Sequence record: MH051917
Length of the DNA: 64,000 nucleotides
Direction: 5' to 3' (one strand)
Source of the DNA: Enterobacteria phage vB_EcoM_IME341
In this document: positions 55,156 to 64,000 of the stretch, piece by piece
How the letters are laid out: each line of letters opens with the position of its first letter
Position numbering within the stretch: the stretch's first letter is position 1
Program-made: the position numbers and the translations under genes
The notes under the pieces: model-generated
What the model was told of the DNA's origin: nothing
The model's input: only the letters and a program-made list of their open reading frames with translations
Databases searched by the model: none

Positions 55156-55890
55156 ATGACCACTGAATTTGATTTAAAAGTTTACAAACGTCGCGAACAC
55201 ACTAAAGCCTCTGCCAAAAAACGGGGTAAGGACTTTAACCTATCTAGCAAATACGTTCGTAGACTTCTTGAACAAAAAGTGTGTGCATATTCAGGCGAGC
55301 GCTTTGATGAGAATTCGGATAGTGATAAGATTTCGTTTGAACGCTTTAACAACGATATAGGTTATATCGAAGGTAATGTAATCCCAGTTAAAGTTAAGTA
55401 CAACTGGTTGCGCGCTGATTTGTCTTTAGATGAATTGAAACGTGTACAGACTCGTTTAGCGTCCCGTATTTCAGGTAGTTCTAAAATGCCTAATAGTTTT
55501 AAAGTTACCCCAGATAATTATTATAAAATTCGTAAAATCGTTAAAAATATTAAAGATACCCAAAGAGGTCTTAAAAAGCGTGAAAAACGTCTTAAGGACC
55601 TTATTAAATCAGGAGCTACTGATAAGACCCCTTCTGTTATCGCGGTTAAAGCTCGTATCCACGGTTCTAACGCTTCGATTGGTATGATGGAAAAGGGTCT
55701 TAAATCTTTAATTGGTGGGCCTGATTGGCGCGTGAAGTTTAAATTGTCTGAAGCAGAAACGCGTTACGATATGTATGATAAAATTATTCAAGGTCTGGAG
55801 CGTTTAGAACACCTTTCTTTTATTGACAAATTGAAGTTGAAAAAAGGTCTTCCGCTGAATGCTTCAATTTTTTCACTGATTAGAGGTTAA
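55156..55890 (+). CDS. Srd-position protein with degenerate HNH-like segment
   Basis: 244 aa between modA and dda (T4 srd slot); identity not established by sequence. Confidence 0.4.
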   Translation: MTTEFDLKVYKRREHTKASAKKRGKDFNLSSKYVRRLLEQKVCAYSGERFDENSDSDKISFERFNNDIGYIEGNVIPVKVKYNWLRADLSLDELKRVQTRLASRISGSSKMPNSFKVTPDNYYKIRKIVKNIKDTQRGLKKREKRLKDLIKSGATDKTPSVIAVKARIHGSNASIGMMEKGLKSLIGGPDWRVKFKLSEAETRYDMYDKIIQGLERLEHLSFIDKLKLKKGLPLNASIFSLIRG

Positions 55891-55894
55891 CGTG

Positions 55895-56191
55895 ATGTAT
55901 TACGCATATGTATTGGTTCACAAGGACAAAGATGGTTATGAAATTCCATTGGAATATGACGGAAAGGTGACCTTATATTCCACAAAAGCCGCTGCTGATT
56001 TCGAATGCGCTGGGTATTCATACACTACAAAACGATATTTAAGTAAAGGACACATTGAAACAGTGTACACACCTAGAAAATGGTGGTTTGATAAGCGGGA
56101 AACAAAAACCGTATATCCTACTGAAGAACGGGCTCGAGAACTTAAATTAGTTTTAGACACTTTATATGTTAAGCGAGTAAAATTGGCATGA
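55895..56191 (+). CDS. hypothetical protein
   Basis: ATG 55895; T4 dda.1 position. Confidence 0.45.
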   Translation: MYYAYVLVHKDKDGYEIPLEYDGKVTLYSTKAAADFECAGYSYTTKRYLSKGHIETVYTPRKWWFDKRETKTVYPTEERARELKLVLDTLYVKRVKLA

Positions 56192-57519
56192 TTACATTTG
56201 AAGACTTGAACATTGGCCAGAGGACGGCTTTTAAAGAAATCATTGAAGCTATTAAACGACGTAAGGGTGAATGGATTACATTGAATGGCCCCGCTGGTAC
56301 GGGTAAAACAACCCTTACCAAATTTATTCTTGACCATCTAGTCAAGAATGGTGAACTCGGAGTTATTTTGACTGCACCCACCCATGCTGCCAAAAAGGTG
56401 TTGTCGAAACTCGCAGGTCAAGAAGCATCAACAATCCACAGAATTCTAAAGATTAACCCTACTACATACGAAGACCAGGATATCTTTGAACAGCGCGAAG
56501 CTCCTGACTTGAGCAAATGTAACGTTCTGGTTGTTGATGAAGGCTCGATGATTGATGGTAAGCTGTTTAAGATTATCGAATCTTCCGTGCCACCATGGTG
56601 TACTGTATTAGGGATTGGCGACAGAGCTCAGCTACAGCCAGTGGAACCTGGAAGTGATGGTAGTCCACAGTTGTCTCCGTTCTTTACTCATCCAAAAATT
56701 AAGCAATTACATTTGACCGAAGTAATGCGTAGCAATGCTCCTATCATTGAGGTTGCTACTGAAATCCGTAATGGCGGATGGTTTAGAGATTGTGTATTCG
56801 AAGGGCATGGTGTCCATGGCTTTAAATCTCAAACCGCTTTAAAAGATTTTATGATGAATTATTTTTCCATTGTAAAAGACGCGGATGCCTTATTTGAAAA
56901 TAGGATGTTTGCTTATACAAATAAATCAGTTGAAAAGCTGAATAGCATTATTCGTAAAAAGCTTTATGAAACCGATGCACCTTATATCAAGGGTGAAATC
57001 CTAGTGATGCAAGAGCCTTTTATGAAGGAACTTGAATACGACGGTAAGAAATTCTCTGAAACCATTTTTAATAACGGACAAATGGTTCGTATTCTGGATG
57101 TGAACCATACCTCATTGTTCTTGTCTGCTAAGGATGTAGGCCCTCGACAAATGATTAATTACTGGGACCTGCAAGTAGAATCTATCGATGAAGATGATGA
57201 GTATTACGTAGAGCATTTAAAGGTTATCGATGAGGCTTCAGTTGAGAAGTTCCATTATTTCTTGGCTAAGGTTGCTACTGAATACAAAGCCATGCGTGGA
57301 ACGGGTAAGAAACCTAAGTGGGCTGATTTTTGGAAAGCTAAGAGAATGTTTACTAAGGTTCGAGCTCTTCCGGTGAGCACTGTTCATAAATCTCAGGGCC
57401 TCACAGTCCAGAACAGTTTCATCTATACGCCGTGTATGCATATGGCCGATGTGAGTTTAGCTTCACAGCTAGCTTATGTTAGTATTACTCGTGCTCGTAC
57501 CGATGCTTATTACGTTTGA
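56188..57519 (+). CDS. dda: DNA helicase Dda (SF1B)
   Basis: NGPAGTGKTT Walker A; extensive match to T4 Dda. Confidence 0.95.
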   Translation: MITFEDLNIGQRTAFKEIIEAIKRRKGEWITLNGPAGTGKTTLTKFILDHLVKNGELGVILTAPTHAAKKVLSKLAGQEASTIHRILKINPTTYEDQDIFEQREAPDLSKCNVLVVDEGSMIDGKLFKIIESSVPPWCTVLGIGDRAQLQPVEPGSDGSPQLSPFFTHPKIKQLHLTEVMRSNAPIIEVATEIRNGGWFRDCVFEGHGVHGFKSQTALKDFMMNYFSIVKDADALFENRMFAYTNKSVEKLNSIIRKKLYETDAPYIKGEILVMQEPFMKELEYDGKKFSETIFNNGQMVRILDVNHTSLFLSAKDVGPRQMINYWDLQVESIDEDDEYYVEHLKVIDEASVEKFHYFLAKVATEYKAMRGTGKKPKWADFWKAKRMFTKVRALPVSTVHKSQGLTVQNSFIYTPCMHMADVSLASQLAYVSITRARTDAYYV

Positions 57520-57526
57520 GGAAAAT

Positions 57527-57766
57527 ATGATTAAAGTAACTAAAGACCAATTTTATAAGTTGAAATTTGAAACCGAATATATTATTAAGGTCAACCAAGA
57601 CGATACCAATATCCTTGGCAAGGCTCATAAGGTCTTGCGTTCTCTTAAAGAGATTGAAAGTGATTTTATTGCAATACAAAAACTGATGGACGACAATATC
57701 TCTTCGGTTTATATTGAAGACTACACCGTCGGTCAAATCCGTGACCTTATGAGGTATGTTAAATGA
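57527..57766 (+). CDS. hypothetical protein
   Basis: in-frame ATG 57527 after SD GAGGAAAA. Confidence 0.45.
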   Translation: MIKVTKDQFYKLKFETEYIIKVNQDDTNILGKAHKVLRSLKEIESDFIAIQKLMDDNISSVYIEDYTVGQIRDLMRYVK

Positions 57767-58437
57767 AAGATATAATTATTGACTTCGAAACCTTTGCCAC
57801 AACCCAAAATGCTGCGGTTATCGACCTCGCTGTAATTGCTTATGACCCTAATCCAGAGGTTGTAGAAACGTTTGAAGAGCTTACTCAACGAGGCCTTCGT
57901 ATTAAATTTGACCTCGCTTCTCAACGTGATAGACGCCTGTTTTCTAAAAGCACGTTACAGTGGTGGAAAGAGCAAGGGCCTGAAGCACGTAAAAACCTGG
58001 CGCCATCTGAAATTGATGTGAGCACTTCTATCGGCCTTGGTAATTTCCTGGAATACTGCCGTAAAAACGAAGTGGACCAATGGAAATCACAGATGTGGTG
58101 TCGTGGAATGTCATTTGACTTTCCTATCTTAGTCGACCTTATTCGCGATGCTTATCGTTCTGAAGGTGTCCCTGAGAATGAAATCGATACCAGCAAATTA
58201 GAACCGGTTAAATTCTGGAACCAACGTGACATCCGTACGGCTATTGAAGCATATTCATTGACTCGTGGATTGAGCATGTGTCCTCTGCCTAACGGAACAT
58301 TGAACGGCTTTGTTGCTCATGACTCCATCCATGACTGTGCTAAGGATATCTTGATGCTTAAATATGCCCAACGATACGCCTTGAGCCTGGAAGATGTCCC
58401 TGAGAATCCTGACCCATTAAGTATAAAAAATCGATAA
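57763..58437 (+). CDS. dexA: exonuclease A
   Basis: 224 aa; N-terminal IIDFETF DEDD-type motif; T4 dexA position. Confidence 0.8.
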   Translation: MKDIIIDFETFATTQNAAVIDLAVIAYDPNPEVVETFEELTQRGLRIKFDLASQRDRRLFSKSTLQWWKEQGPEARKNLAPSEIDVSTSIGLGNFLEYCRKNEVDQWKSQMWCRGMSFDFPILVDLIRDAYRSEGVPENEIDTSKLEPVKFWNQRDIRTAIEAYSLTRGLSMCPLPNGTLNGFVAHDSIHDCAKDILMLKYAQRYALSLEDVPENPDPLSIKNR

Positions 58438-58441
58438 AAGT

Positions 58442-58470
58442 GTTTACTTCTCCTCATGACATGATATTAT
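58442..58470 (+). promoter_or_regulatory. early promoter
   Basis: GTTTAC -35 and TG-n-TATTAT -10. Confidence 0.55.
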
Positions 58471-58497
58471 CTACCCTATCAACATGAGGAGAACAAA

Positions 58498-59007
58498 ATG
58501 AAAATTTATCGAGTGGAGTCATCGTTCAGTATCCTAGATTATGAAGATGTTATAACAATACGACGAGACCTCTGTACTCAAATGACTCCGTATAGAAGTA
58601 CGACGGACCCATGGAGTGAAGGTTGGTTATTGGAAGTAGGTTTCGACAGACCTAATTTTAGACACCACCATGCCGTTAATAAAAATATTCCGCTACCAGG
58701 TCAAGATAAGTTGTTGGTAGAAAATTCTAATAAAGCAATTAAAACCAAGTGGAAACGGCCTGATTATGAAGGCTCTGATGATTATATTCCAGGTTGGTTT
58801 GTTAACCTCCACCATTTTGCTTTTGCCAGTGAGTATGATATGATGCGCTGGTTCACTCGTGAAGAGCGTGAAGAATTATCTTCTAAAGGATTTTACCTTG
58901 CTGTTTACGAAATACCAGAAGATGAGGTTGTCATCGGCGGTCGCCAAGTAATGTTCCGCAAATCCTATGCCGAACTTGTAGATTTTATTGAAATGAGAAA
59001 ATTATGA
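58498..59007 (+). CDS. hypothetical protein
   Basis: 169-aa ORF after early promoter. Confidence 0.5.
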   Translation: MKIYRVESSFSILDYEDVITIRRDLCTQMTPYRSTTDPWSEGWLLEVGFDRPNFRHHHAVNKNIPLPGQDKLLVENSNKAIKTKWKRPDYEGSDDYIPGWFVNLHHFAFASEYDMMRWFTREEREELSSKGFYLAVYEIPEDEVVIGGRQVMFRKSYAELVDFIEMRKL

Positions 59008-59759
59008 ACACTTTTGATCCGAATGCCAAATATATTGTTACGCCGTTTTCAGCCCTTAAGCTCCACAACCAAGCTTATGACATCCTTAAAAAGATGACTA
59101 AAGGTAACGAGTTCCGTATTCTTTCTATTGAACCTGATGAGTTTGATAATATTAAATCTGTAACAGTTCAAGAATGCGGTGTCCCGGAAATCCACGCCAT
59201 TCGTTTGTCACAACGAGAAATTGATTCATTTATTCGTTTGGCCCCAATGGCAAGCCAGCTAATTGATTTTGATGTTTTAAGCACTTATGTATGCCCTGTT
59301 AAACAACTGGAAATTAAGGAACCTACTATGACTACAGCTATTGAAATCGGCAAAACCTACAAACTGGTTGAACCTGAAATTAAAACTAAGGCCTTGATTT
59401 CCGGTTATAAAACTCTGACTGATGTTTTTGGCGAAGGCGAATTTATTGTTGAAGAATTTACCAAAAGTGACTGGTTTACTAAATCTTACGTCATCCACGG
59501 CCGTCGATTAGATAATAACAAAATAGAGAAAATCTTGGTTTATGAAGCAGAGTTCATCCTGTTCCAAGAAGTTGAAGTCGAACAAGACCCTACCGACCTG
59601 CTGTGTGCTGCTGTGTCTATCCGTCGTCCTTTTGATAATCCTATCTGTGGTTGGGTAACAGACCAGTGGGTTGAAGACGGTGTTGAGCTTCTGAACGTTG
59701 TACATGCTGGTGATTTTAGCGTAGTACCTCGTAGTGCAGTGGTTAATGTATTGAATTAG
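59004..59759 (+). CDS. hypothetical protein (paralog pair member A)
   Basis: C-terminal ...WVTDQWVEDGVELLNVVHAGDFSVVP shared with next gene. Confidence 0.55.
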   Translation: MNTFDPNAKYIVTPFSALKLHNQAYDILKKMTKGNEFRILSIEPDEFDNIKSVTVQECGVPEIHAIRLSQREIDSFIRLAPMASQLIDFDVLSTYVCPVKQLEIKEPTMTTAIEIGKTYKLVEPEIKTKALISGYKTLTDVFGEGEFIVEEFTKSDWFTKSYVIHGRRLDNNKIEKILVYEAEFILFQEVEVEQDPTDLLCAAVSIRRPFDNPICGWVTDQWVEDGVELLNVVHAGDFSVVPRSAVVNVLN

Positions 59760-59761
59760 TA

Positions 59762-59790
59762 GTTTACTTTATCGAGAGCTATGTTATAAT
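59762..59790 (+). promoter_or_regulatory. early promoter
   Basis: GTTTAC -35 and TG-n-TATAAT -10 lying in loop of GAGAGC/GCTCTC hairpin. Confidence 0.55.
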
Positions 59791-59832
59791 GGCTCTCATG
59801 GAGAATAAACCTTTAACCAAGAGAGAAAAATT

Positions 59833-60399
59833 ATGATTACTATTTCCGATATCGGCGGTATTGTTCGTGTATCCAAAAAGTCTCGTTCAAAAGCTGCAGG
59901 CTGTTTAGTTGAAGTTGTTAGTATCCAACTTAAAGAAGGTGTCAGTGTAGAAAATTCTGAAGTAAAAGTGCGTATCATTCCTAAAAATGGCCAGACTGAA
60001 ACTCAATTCGCTTATGTGCGGGCTAAATTCCTGGAATCGACTGAATTTACCGGATACATCGCTCCTGTAGTTGAAGAAGTTGAATCCCATGATGGGTACG
60101 TATGTGAAAGCAATGATACCCGTGGCGTAGTAGCTCAAGACGTTGAAACTATTGACCAGTCTCATGTGGGTGTCGATTTTAAATGGGAATTGGGTAAAGG
60201 TGTCTTTTTCGTTTCCCCTAAGCCGTTTGAATATGATGACGAACCTTTCGGTACTTACGAAACTACTAGCATGTCTGGTTATATCACAGACCAATGGGTT
60301 GAAGAAGGTGTTAAACTCTATAACATCGTATTCCTTGGAACCTTTAAGGTGGTCCCTGAAAGCTTTATTGTTGAATATGCCAATATTCATCGTGCATAA
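59833..60399 (+). CDS. hypothetical protein (paralog pair member B)
   Basis: C-terminal ...YITDQWVEEGVKLYNIVFLGTFKVVP shared with previous gene. Confidence 0.55.
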   Translation: MITISDIGGIVRVSKKSRSKAAGCLVEVVSIQLKEGVSVENSEVKVRIIPKNGQTETQFAYVRAKFLESTEFTGYIAPVVEEVESHDGYVCESNDTRGVVAQDVETIDQSHVGVDFKWELGKGVFFVSPKPFEYDDEPFGTYETTSMSGYITDQWVEEGVKLYNIVFLGTFKVVPESFIVEYANIHRA

Positions 60400-60473
60400 A
60401 GTTTAAAAAAACAGTATACAATATGGTAGGGTAGTGATAAGATTACCCTATCAACAAATGAGAGGAAAATAAA

Positions 60474-60692
60474 ATGGCTAAAGTTACTGTGAACTCGACT
60501 CGTGAAGAATTTGAAGATGTTCTGTTCAACCCTGATTTAATCGTGGTTCAAAAGGAACATTCTGATACGTTTTCTCATTTATCGTCGGTTTATGTATACG
60601 AAAATCAAGGCGATAAAACCCCTATCTATGCAGTGTTCCGTGAAATCACTGCTGAAGGCACCGACTTCTGGAAGGAAACTTACAATGCTTAA
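60474..60692 (+). CDS. hypothetical protein
   Basis: 72-aa ORF. Confidence 0.45.
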   Translation: MAKVTVNSTREEFEDVLFNPDLIVVQKEHSDTFSHLSSVYVYENQGDKTPIYAVFREITAEGTDFWKETYNA

Positions 60693-61092
60693 TCAAGAAC
60701 CTGAATTTGAAAAAGGTAAATGGTACTATTTTAAAGATGATGCGGCAGAAGCTGAATTCCGTCGTAGAGGTATCAATAATATTGTAGCCGATGTTATTAT
60801 TGAAGGTGAAGGTTTTTCCCCGGTTAAAATTTCAAATGGATGTGTAACCAACTTCGACCTGGTTTACGGCGATAATAAAGATATGGTTATATACGCTAGT
60901 GAGAGGAAATTTTTTACCGAAATGGTTGAAGTTGAGTGCGACGAAGAATTGGATGAAGACCGTGATTATGACTACGATGATAGTGATGAACCGTCTGAAC
61001 CAAGTGATTTCCCTTTGACTAAAATCACTATCTCTAATAATTCTGAAGCCTGGACTGTTTACCAGATGCTGAAAGCTCACTTTAAGGAATAA
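60685..61092 (+). CDS. hypothetical protein with acidic C-terminus
   Basis: in-frame ATG 60685. Confidence 0.45.
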   Translation: MLNQEPEFEKGKWYYFKDDAAEAEFRRRGINNIVADVIIEGEGFSPVKISNGCVTNFDLVYGDNKDMVIYASERKFFTEMVEVECDEELDEDRDYDYDDSDEPSEPSDFPLTKITISNNSEAWTVYQMLKAHFKE

Positions 61093-61093
61093 T

Positions 61094-61270
61094 ATGCCAC
61101 TTTATGATTACAAATGCCAATCTGAAGACTGTGCGAAAGAATACGAAAAAATCAAGAAAATCTCTGAAAGAGATAATGATGTTTGCCCTGATTGCCATCG
61201 GCTGGCTGTTCGGTTAGTCTCGGCCCCTAAACATGTTAATGGTGGGTTTTACGACCTGCTGACTAAGTGA
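61094..61270 (+). CDS. zinc-ribbon small protein
   Basis: 58 aa; C-x2-C ... C-x2-C (YDYKCQSEDC...VCPDCH); not in ORF track. Confidence 0.4.
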   Translation: MPLYDYKCQSEDCAKEYEKIKKISERDNDVCPDCHRLAVRLVSAPKHVNGGFYDLLTK

Positions 61271-61276
61271 GAAATT

Positions 61277-61537
61277 ATGAAATATATTAATCGTTCTATT
61301 GCAGCTCTTGTACTAGCAGTTTCGTTGGTAGGTTGTACTGATGCTGATAATGCTACCCGTGTATTGGATGCAAATGGCTACGAACAAATCCAAATCACAG
61401 GATACAACCTATTTGGCTGCTCTGAAGATGATTTCCAACGTACAGGCTTTATTGCTGTAGGGCCGACAGGTAAAAGGGTTGAAGGAACGGTTTGTTCTGG
61501 ATTATTCTTTAAAAAGTCGACCATTCGATTTGATTAA
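61277..61537 (+). CDS. putative lipoprotein
   Basis: signal peptide with LVGC lipobox; 86 aa. Confidence 0.5.
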   Translation: MKYINRSIAALVLAVSLVGCTDADNATRVLDANGYEQIQITGYNLFGCSEDDFQRTGFIAVGPTGKRVEGTVCSGLFFKKSTIRFD

Positions 61538-61553
61538 GGGCTTCGGCCCTTTT
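61538..61553 (+). terminator. intrinsic terminator
   Basis: GGGC-TTCG-GCCC hairpin plus T4. Confidence 0.5.
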
Positions 61554-61554
61554 A

Positions 61555-61579
61555 TGCTTTAAGTGAAATGGGATAATAT
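61555..61579 (+). promoter_or_regulatory. MotA-box middle promoter upstream of gene 39
   Basis: TGCTTTA box followed by GATAAT/TAATAT -10. Confidence 0.45.
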
Positions 61580-61603
61580 TCTCCTACTACATGAGGAAAT
61601 AAC

Positions 61604-63421
61604 ATGATTAAGAATGAAATTAAAGTACTGTCCGACATTGAACATATCAAAAAACGTAGTGGGATGTATATTGGCTCCAGTGCTAATGAAGCTCACGGTC
61701 GATTCCTGTTTGGTAATTTTACACAGGTAAACTATGTTCCTGGACTGGTTAAATTAATTGACGAAATCATTGATAACTCTGTCGATGAAGCTATTCGTAC
61801 CAATTTTAAATTCGCAAATAAAATTGATGTTCAAATTAAGAAAAACCAGGTTTCGGTTTCTGATAATGGTCGTGGTATTCCACAAGCAATGGTCATCGAT
61901 CAAAATGGTGAACAAATCCCAGGTCCTGTAGCAGCATGGACTATTCCAAAGGCAGGTGGTAACTTTGGAGATGATGCAGAGCGTAAGACAGGCGGCATGA
62001 ATGGTGTCGGTAGTAGTTTAACTAATATCTTCTCTGTTTTGTTCACAGGCATCACCTCTGATGGCGAGAATGAAATTACAGTTAACTGTTCCAATGGAAT
62101 GGAAAACAAAGGTTGGTCTACTAAGAAATCTAAAGGTAAGGGTACTTCTGTTATATTCACTCCAGACTTTAGCCATTTCGAAGAAAATAGCCTGTCACAA
62201 ATTTATCTGGATATTACATTAGACCGATTGCAAACTCTGGCCGTAATTTATCCTGATATTCAATTTACTTTTAATGGTAAAAAAGTAGATGGCAACTTTA
62301 AAAAGTATGCTAAGCAATTTGGTGATGATTTTGTAATCCAGGAAACTGATAATGTTTCGATGGCATTTACTCCTTCTCCGGATGGATTCCGTCAACTGAC
62401 TTATGTAAATAACATCCATACTAAGAATGGCGGCCACCACGTTGAATGTGTATTCGATGATATTTGTGAGCACCTTCTGCCAGGCATTAAAAAGAAATAC
62501 CGTGGAATTGAAGTAACTAAAGCTCGTGTTAAAGAATGCCTTACGATGGTGATGTTCATTCGTGATATGAGCAACATGCGTTTTGATTCCCAGACTAAAG
62601 AACGTTTGACCTCTCCTTTTGGTGAGATTCGTAATCATATCCAAATTGATGCTAAGAAAATTGCTCAAGCTATTCTTAAAGTTGATGGGTTGATTATGCC
62701 TATCGTTGAAGCTGCTTTAGCACGTAAATTAGCAGCTGAAAAGGCAGCTGAAACTAAAGCCGCTAAGAAAGCTTCTAAAGCCAAGGTCCATAAGCATATT
62801 AAAGCTAACTTATACGGCAAAGATGCTGATACAACCCTATTCCTAACCGAAGGTGATTCCGCTATGGGTCCTTTCATTGAAGTTCGTAATAAGGACCTTC
62901 AAGGCGGGTACCCATTACGTGGTAAGGTTATGAATACCTGGGGAATGACAGCAACAGATATCATGAAGAACAAGGAACTATTTGATATCTGTGCAATCAC
63001 TGGATTGGTTATTGGTGAACCTGCAGAGAAAACTAACTATCGTAATATTGCCATCATGACCGATGCTGATGTGGATGGCACCGGTTCGATTTATCCGTCA
63101 TTGCTAGCCTTCTTTAGTCAGTGGCCTGAATTGTTCGAACAGGGTCGAATTCGTTTCTGTAAAACTCCAGTGATTATTGCTCAGGTTGGTAAAGAACAGG
63201 AATGGTTCTATGATGTCCCTAGTTATACCAAAGCTAAGGACTCTCTACCAAAACATTCTATTCGTTATATCAAAGGACTAGGTTCTCTTGAGAAGGCTGA
63301 ATACCGTCGAATGATTCAAGACCCTAAATTTGATGTGGTTCAATTGCCTGAAGATTGGAAAGAACAGTTCGAAATGCTCCTCGGAAACGACCCTCAACTC
63401 CGTAAGGCCTGGATGTCGTAA
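61604..63421 (+). CDS. 39: DNA topoisomerase II large subunit gp39 (GyrB-like; includes gene 60-equivalent C-terminus)
   Basis: GHKL ATPase DNGRGIP and TOPRIM LTEGDSAMG; continuous 605-aa ORF. Confidence 0.9.
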   Translation: MIKNEIKVLSDIEHIKKRSGMYIGSSANEAHGRFLFGNFTQVNYVPGLVKLIDEIIDNSVDEAIRTNFKFANKIDVQIKKNQVSVSDNGRGIPQAMVIDQNGEQIPGPVAAWTIPKAGGNFGDDAERKTGGMNGVGSSLTNIFSVLFTGITSDGENEITVNCSNGMENKGWSTKKSKGKGTSVIFTPDFSHFEENSLSQIYLDITLDRLQTLAVIYPDIQFTFNGKKVDGNFKKYAKQFGDDFVIQETDNVSMAFTPSPDGFRQLTYVNNIHTKNGGHHVECVFDDICEHLLPGIKKKYRGIEVTKARVKECLTMVMFIRDMSNMRFDSQTKERLTSPFGEIRNHIQIDAKKIAQAILKVDGLIMPIVEAALARKLAAEKAAETKAAKKASKAKVHKHIKANLYGKDADTTLFLTEGDSAMGPFIEVRNKDLQGGYPLRGKVMNTWGMTATDIMKNKELFDICAITGLVIGEPAEKTNYRNIAIMTDADVDGTGSIYPSLLAFFSQWPELFEQGRIRFCKTPVIIAQVGKEQEWFYDVPSYTKAKDSLPKHSIRYIKGLGSLEKAEYRRMIQDPKFDVVQLPEDWKEQFEMLLGNDPQLRKAWMS

Positions 63422-63464
63422 TAAATATGTATGGTACATGAGTGCCATACAATTAGGAGACTTT

Positions 63465-63617
63465 ATGAGAAAGTACTGGATAACGCTAGCCACCGGTGAA
63501 TTTGGATATCTCTGGGCTGAGAAGAGACCTTTGTTCGCAGAGTACGTGACCATTATGGTAGAAACCTGGGAAGGCGAATTTTATCAAGTTCGAGGACAAG
63601 TCTACAAAATTGAATAA
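63465..63617 (+). CDS. hypothetical small protein
   Basis: in-frame ATG 63465 after SD AGGAG. Confidence 0.35.
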   Translation: MRKYWITLATGEFGYLWAEKRPLFAEYVTIMVETWEGEFYQVRGQVYKIE

Positions 63618-63621
63618 TTAA

Positions 63622-63639
63622 GGGCCGCAAGGCCCTTTT
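63622..63639 (+). terminator. intrinsic terminator
   Basis: GGGCC-GCAA-GGCCC hairpin plus T4. Confidence 0.55.
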
Positions 63640-63643
63640 CGGG

Positions 63644-63668
63644 GTTTACAACATAACAAAACTATGAT
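63644..63668 (+). promoter_or_regulatory. putative early promoter
   Basis: GTTTACA -35; -10 (TATGAT) at sub-optimal spacing. Confidence 0.35.
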
Positions 63669-63690
63669 AGGATTATCTAGAGGTGAGAAT

Positions 63691-64000
63691 ATGATTATGC
63701 AAGATAACAGTATAGTGAATACTGGCAACCTGGCTTTATCCTTTATGGAAACGGCTATTCGTAACTGTAAAGATGAAGGAGTAGTGACTACAAGCGGCAA
63801 GGGGCTCGAATACTTAAAGGCTGTAAAATCTATTGCCTTAAAGATTAAAGATAACCAGGCGCTCTCTCCTGTGGTCCAGGAAAAGGTTTTAGAGATAATG
63901 TATCGCCACAGAGAGCACAAAAGTACAATGGGTTCTATGAGAAGAATTCTGGCTGAACTTGGTTCTACCAGAGAATATGTTCAACATGAGATAGTTAAAA
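63691..64000 (+). CDS. hypothetical protein (partial; 3' end outside window)
   Basis: ATG 63691 after SD GAGGTGA; open to window edge. Confidence 0.45.
   Translation, partial: MIMQDNSIVNTGNLALSFMETAIRNCKDEGVVTTSGKGLEYLKAVKSIALKIKDNQALSPVVQEKVLEIMYRHREHKSTMGSMRRILAELGSTREYVQHEIVK

Noticed and set aside
55156-55890. HNH homing endonuclease call
   Set aside because: Contains a C-x-Y-S-G ... N-x-x-P-V segment reminiscent of HNH, but the Cys/His metal ligands are not conserved; the position matches T4 srd, so not called as a mobile element.
60412-60441. Early promoter upstream of 60474
   Set aside because: Only a weak -35 (GTATAC) with a TAAGAT -10 inside a GGGTA/TACCC hairpin; not convincing enough to annotate.
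1-64000. CRISPR arrays, integrases, transposases or IS elements
   Set aside because: No direct-repeat/spacer arrays and no recombinase-like ORFs were seen; the repeats present are promoter cassettes and paralogous genes.

Overview
This window is a nearly unidirectional (+ strand) early/middle gene region of a T4-like myovirus (Tevenvirinae-type), colinear with T4 but clearly not T4 itself. Recognisable genes, in order: nudE, e (lysozyme), internal head proteins, denV, regB, tk, rI, nrdC, 49 (endonuclease VII), 55 (late sigma factor), 47/46 (Mre11/Rad50-like), rpbA, 45, 44, 62, regA, 43 (DNA polymerase), imm, uvsX, 40, 41, dmd, sp, 61, 56 (dCTPase), soc, modB/modA-like ADP-ribosyltransferases, dda, dexA and 39 (topoisomerase II large subunit, full-length 605 aa). 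Between them lie many small 'hyperplastic region' ORFs of unknown function. Regulatory architecture is typical of T-even phages: many sigma70-like early promoters (GTTTAC -35 with extended -10) embedded in repeated promoter/stem-loop cassettes, a few MotA-box middle promoters, TATAAATA late promoters (e, soc), and UUCG/GCAA-tetraloop intrinsic terminators. The most unusual content is a non-T4 cassette between imm and uvsX (40302-44452): a fused sugar-nucleotidyltransferase/APH-fold kinase, a small HAD-type phosphatase, a P-loop (thymidylate-kinase-like) kinase, a divergent thymidylate-synthase-family hydroxymethylase (gene 42 homolog) and a 297-aa protein in the beta-glucosyltransferase position. 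Together with gp56 dCTPase and the absence of an alpha-gt gene between 55 and 47, this suggests a hydroxymethyl-pyrimidine DNA carrying a non-T4 decoration made from a phage-synthesised activated donor; this is inference from motifs and synteny only. Other items worth a second look: a tandem array of five small paralogs with a conserved C-terminal W-x-SSS-x-x-C tail, a macro-domain protein, a pol-beta-type nucleotidyltransferase, an AAA+ ATPase and a lone minus-strand membrane-protein gene. No tRNA genes, CRISPR arrays or mobile elements were recognised. All identifications come from reading the sequence and recalled T4 protein features; no database search was run. Coordinates of promoters, terminators and small ORFs absent from the supplied track are approximate (about +/-2 nt).
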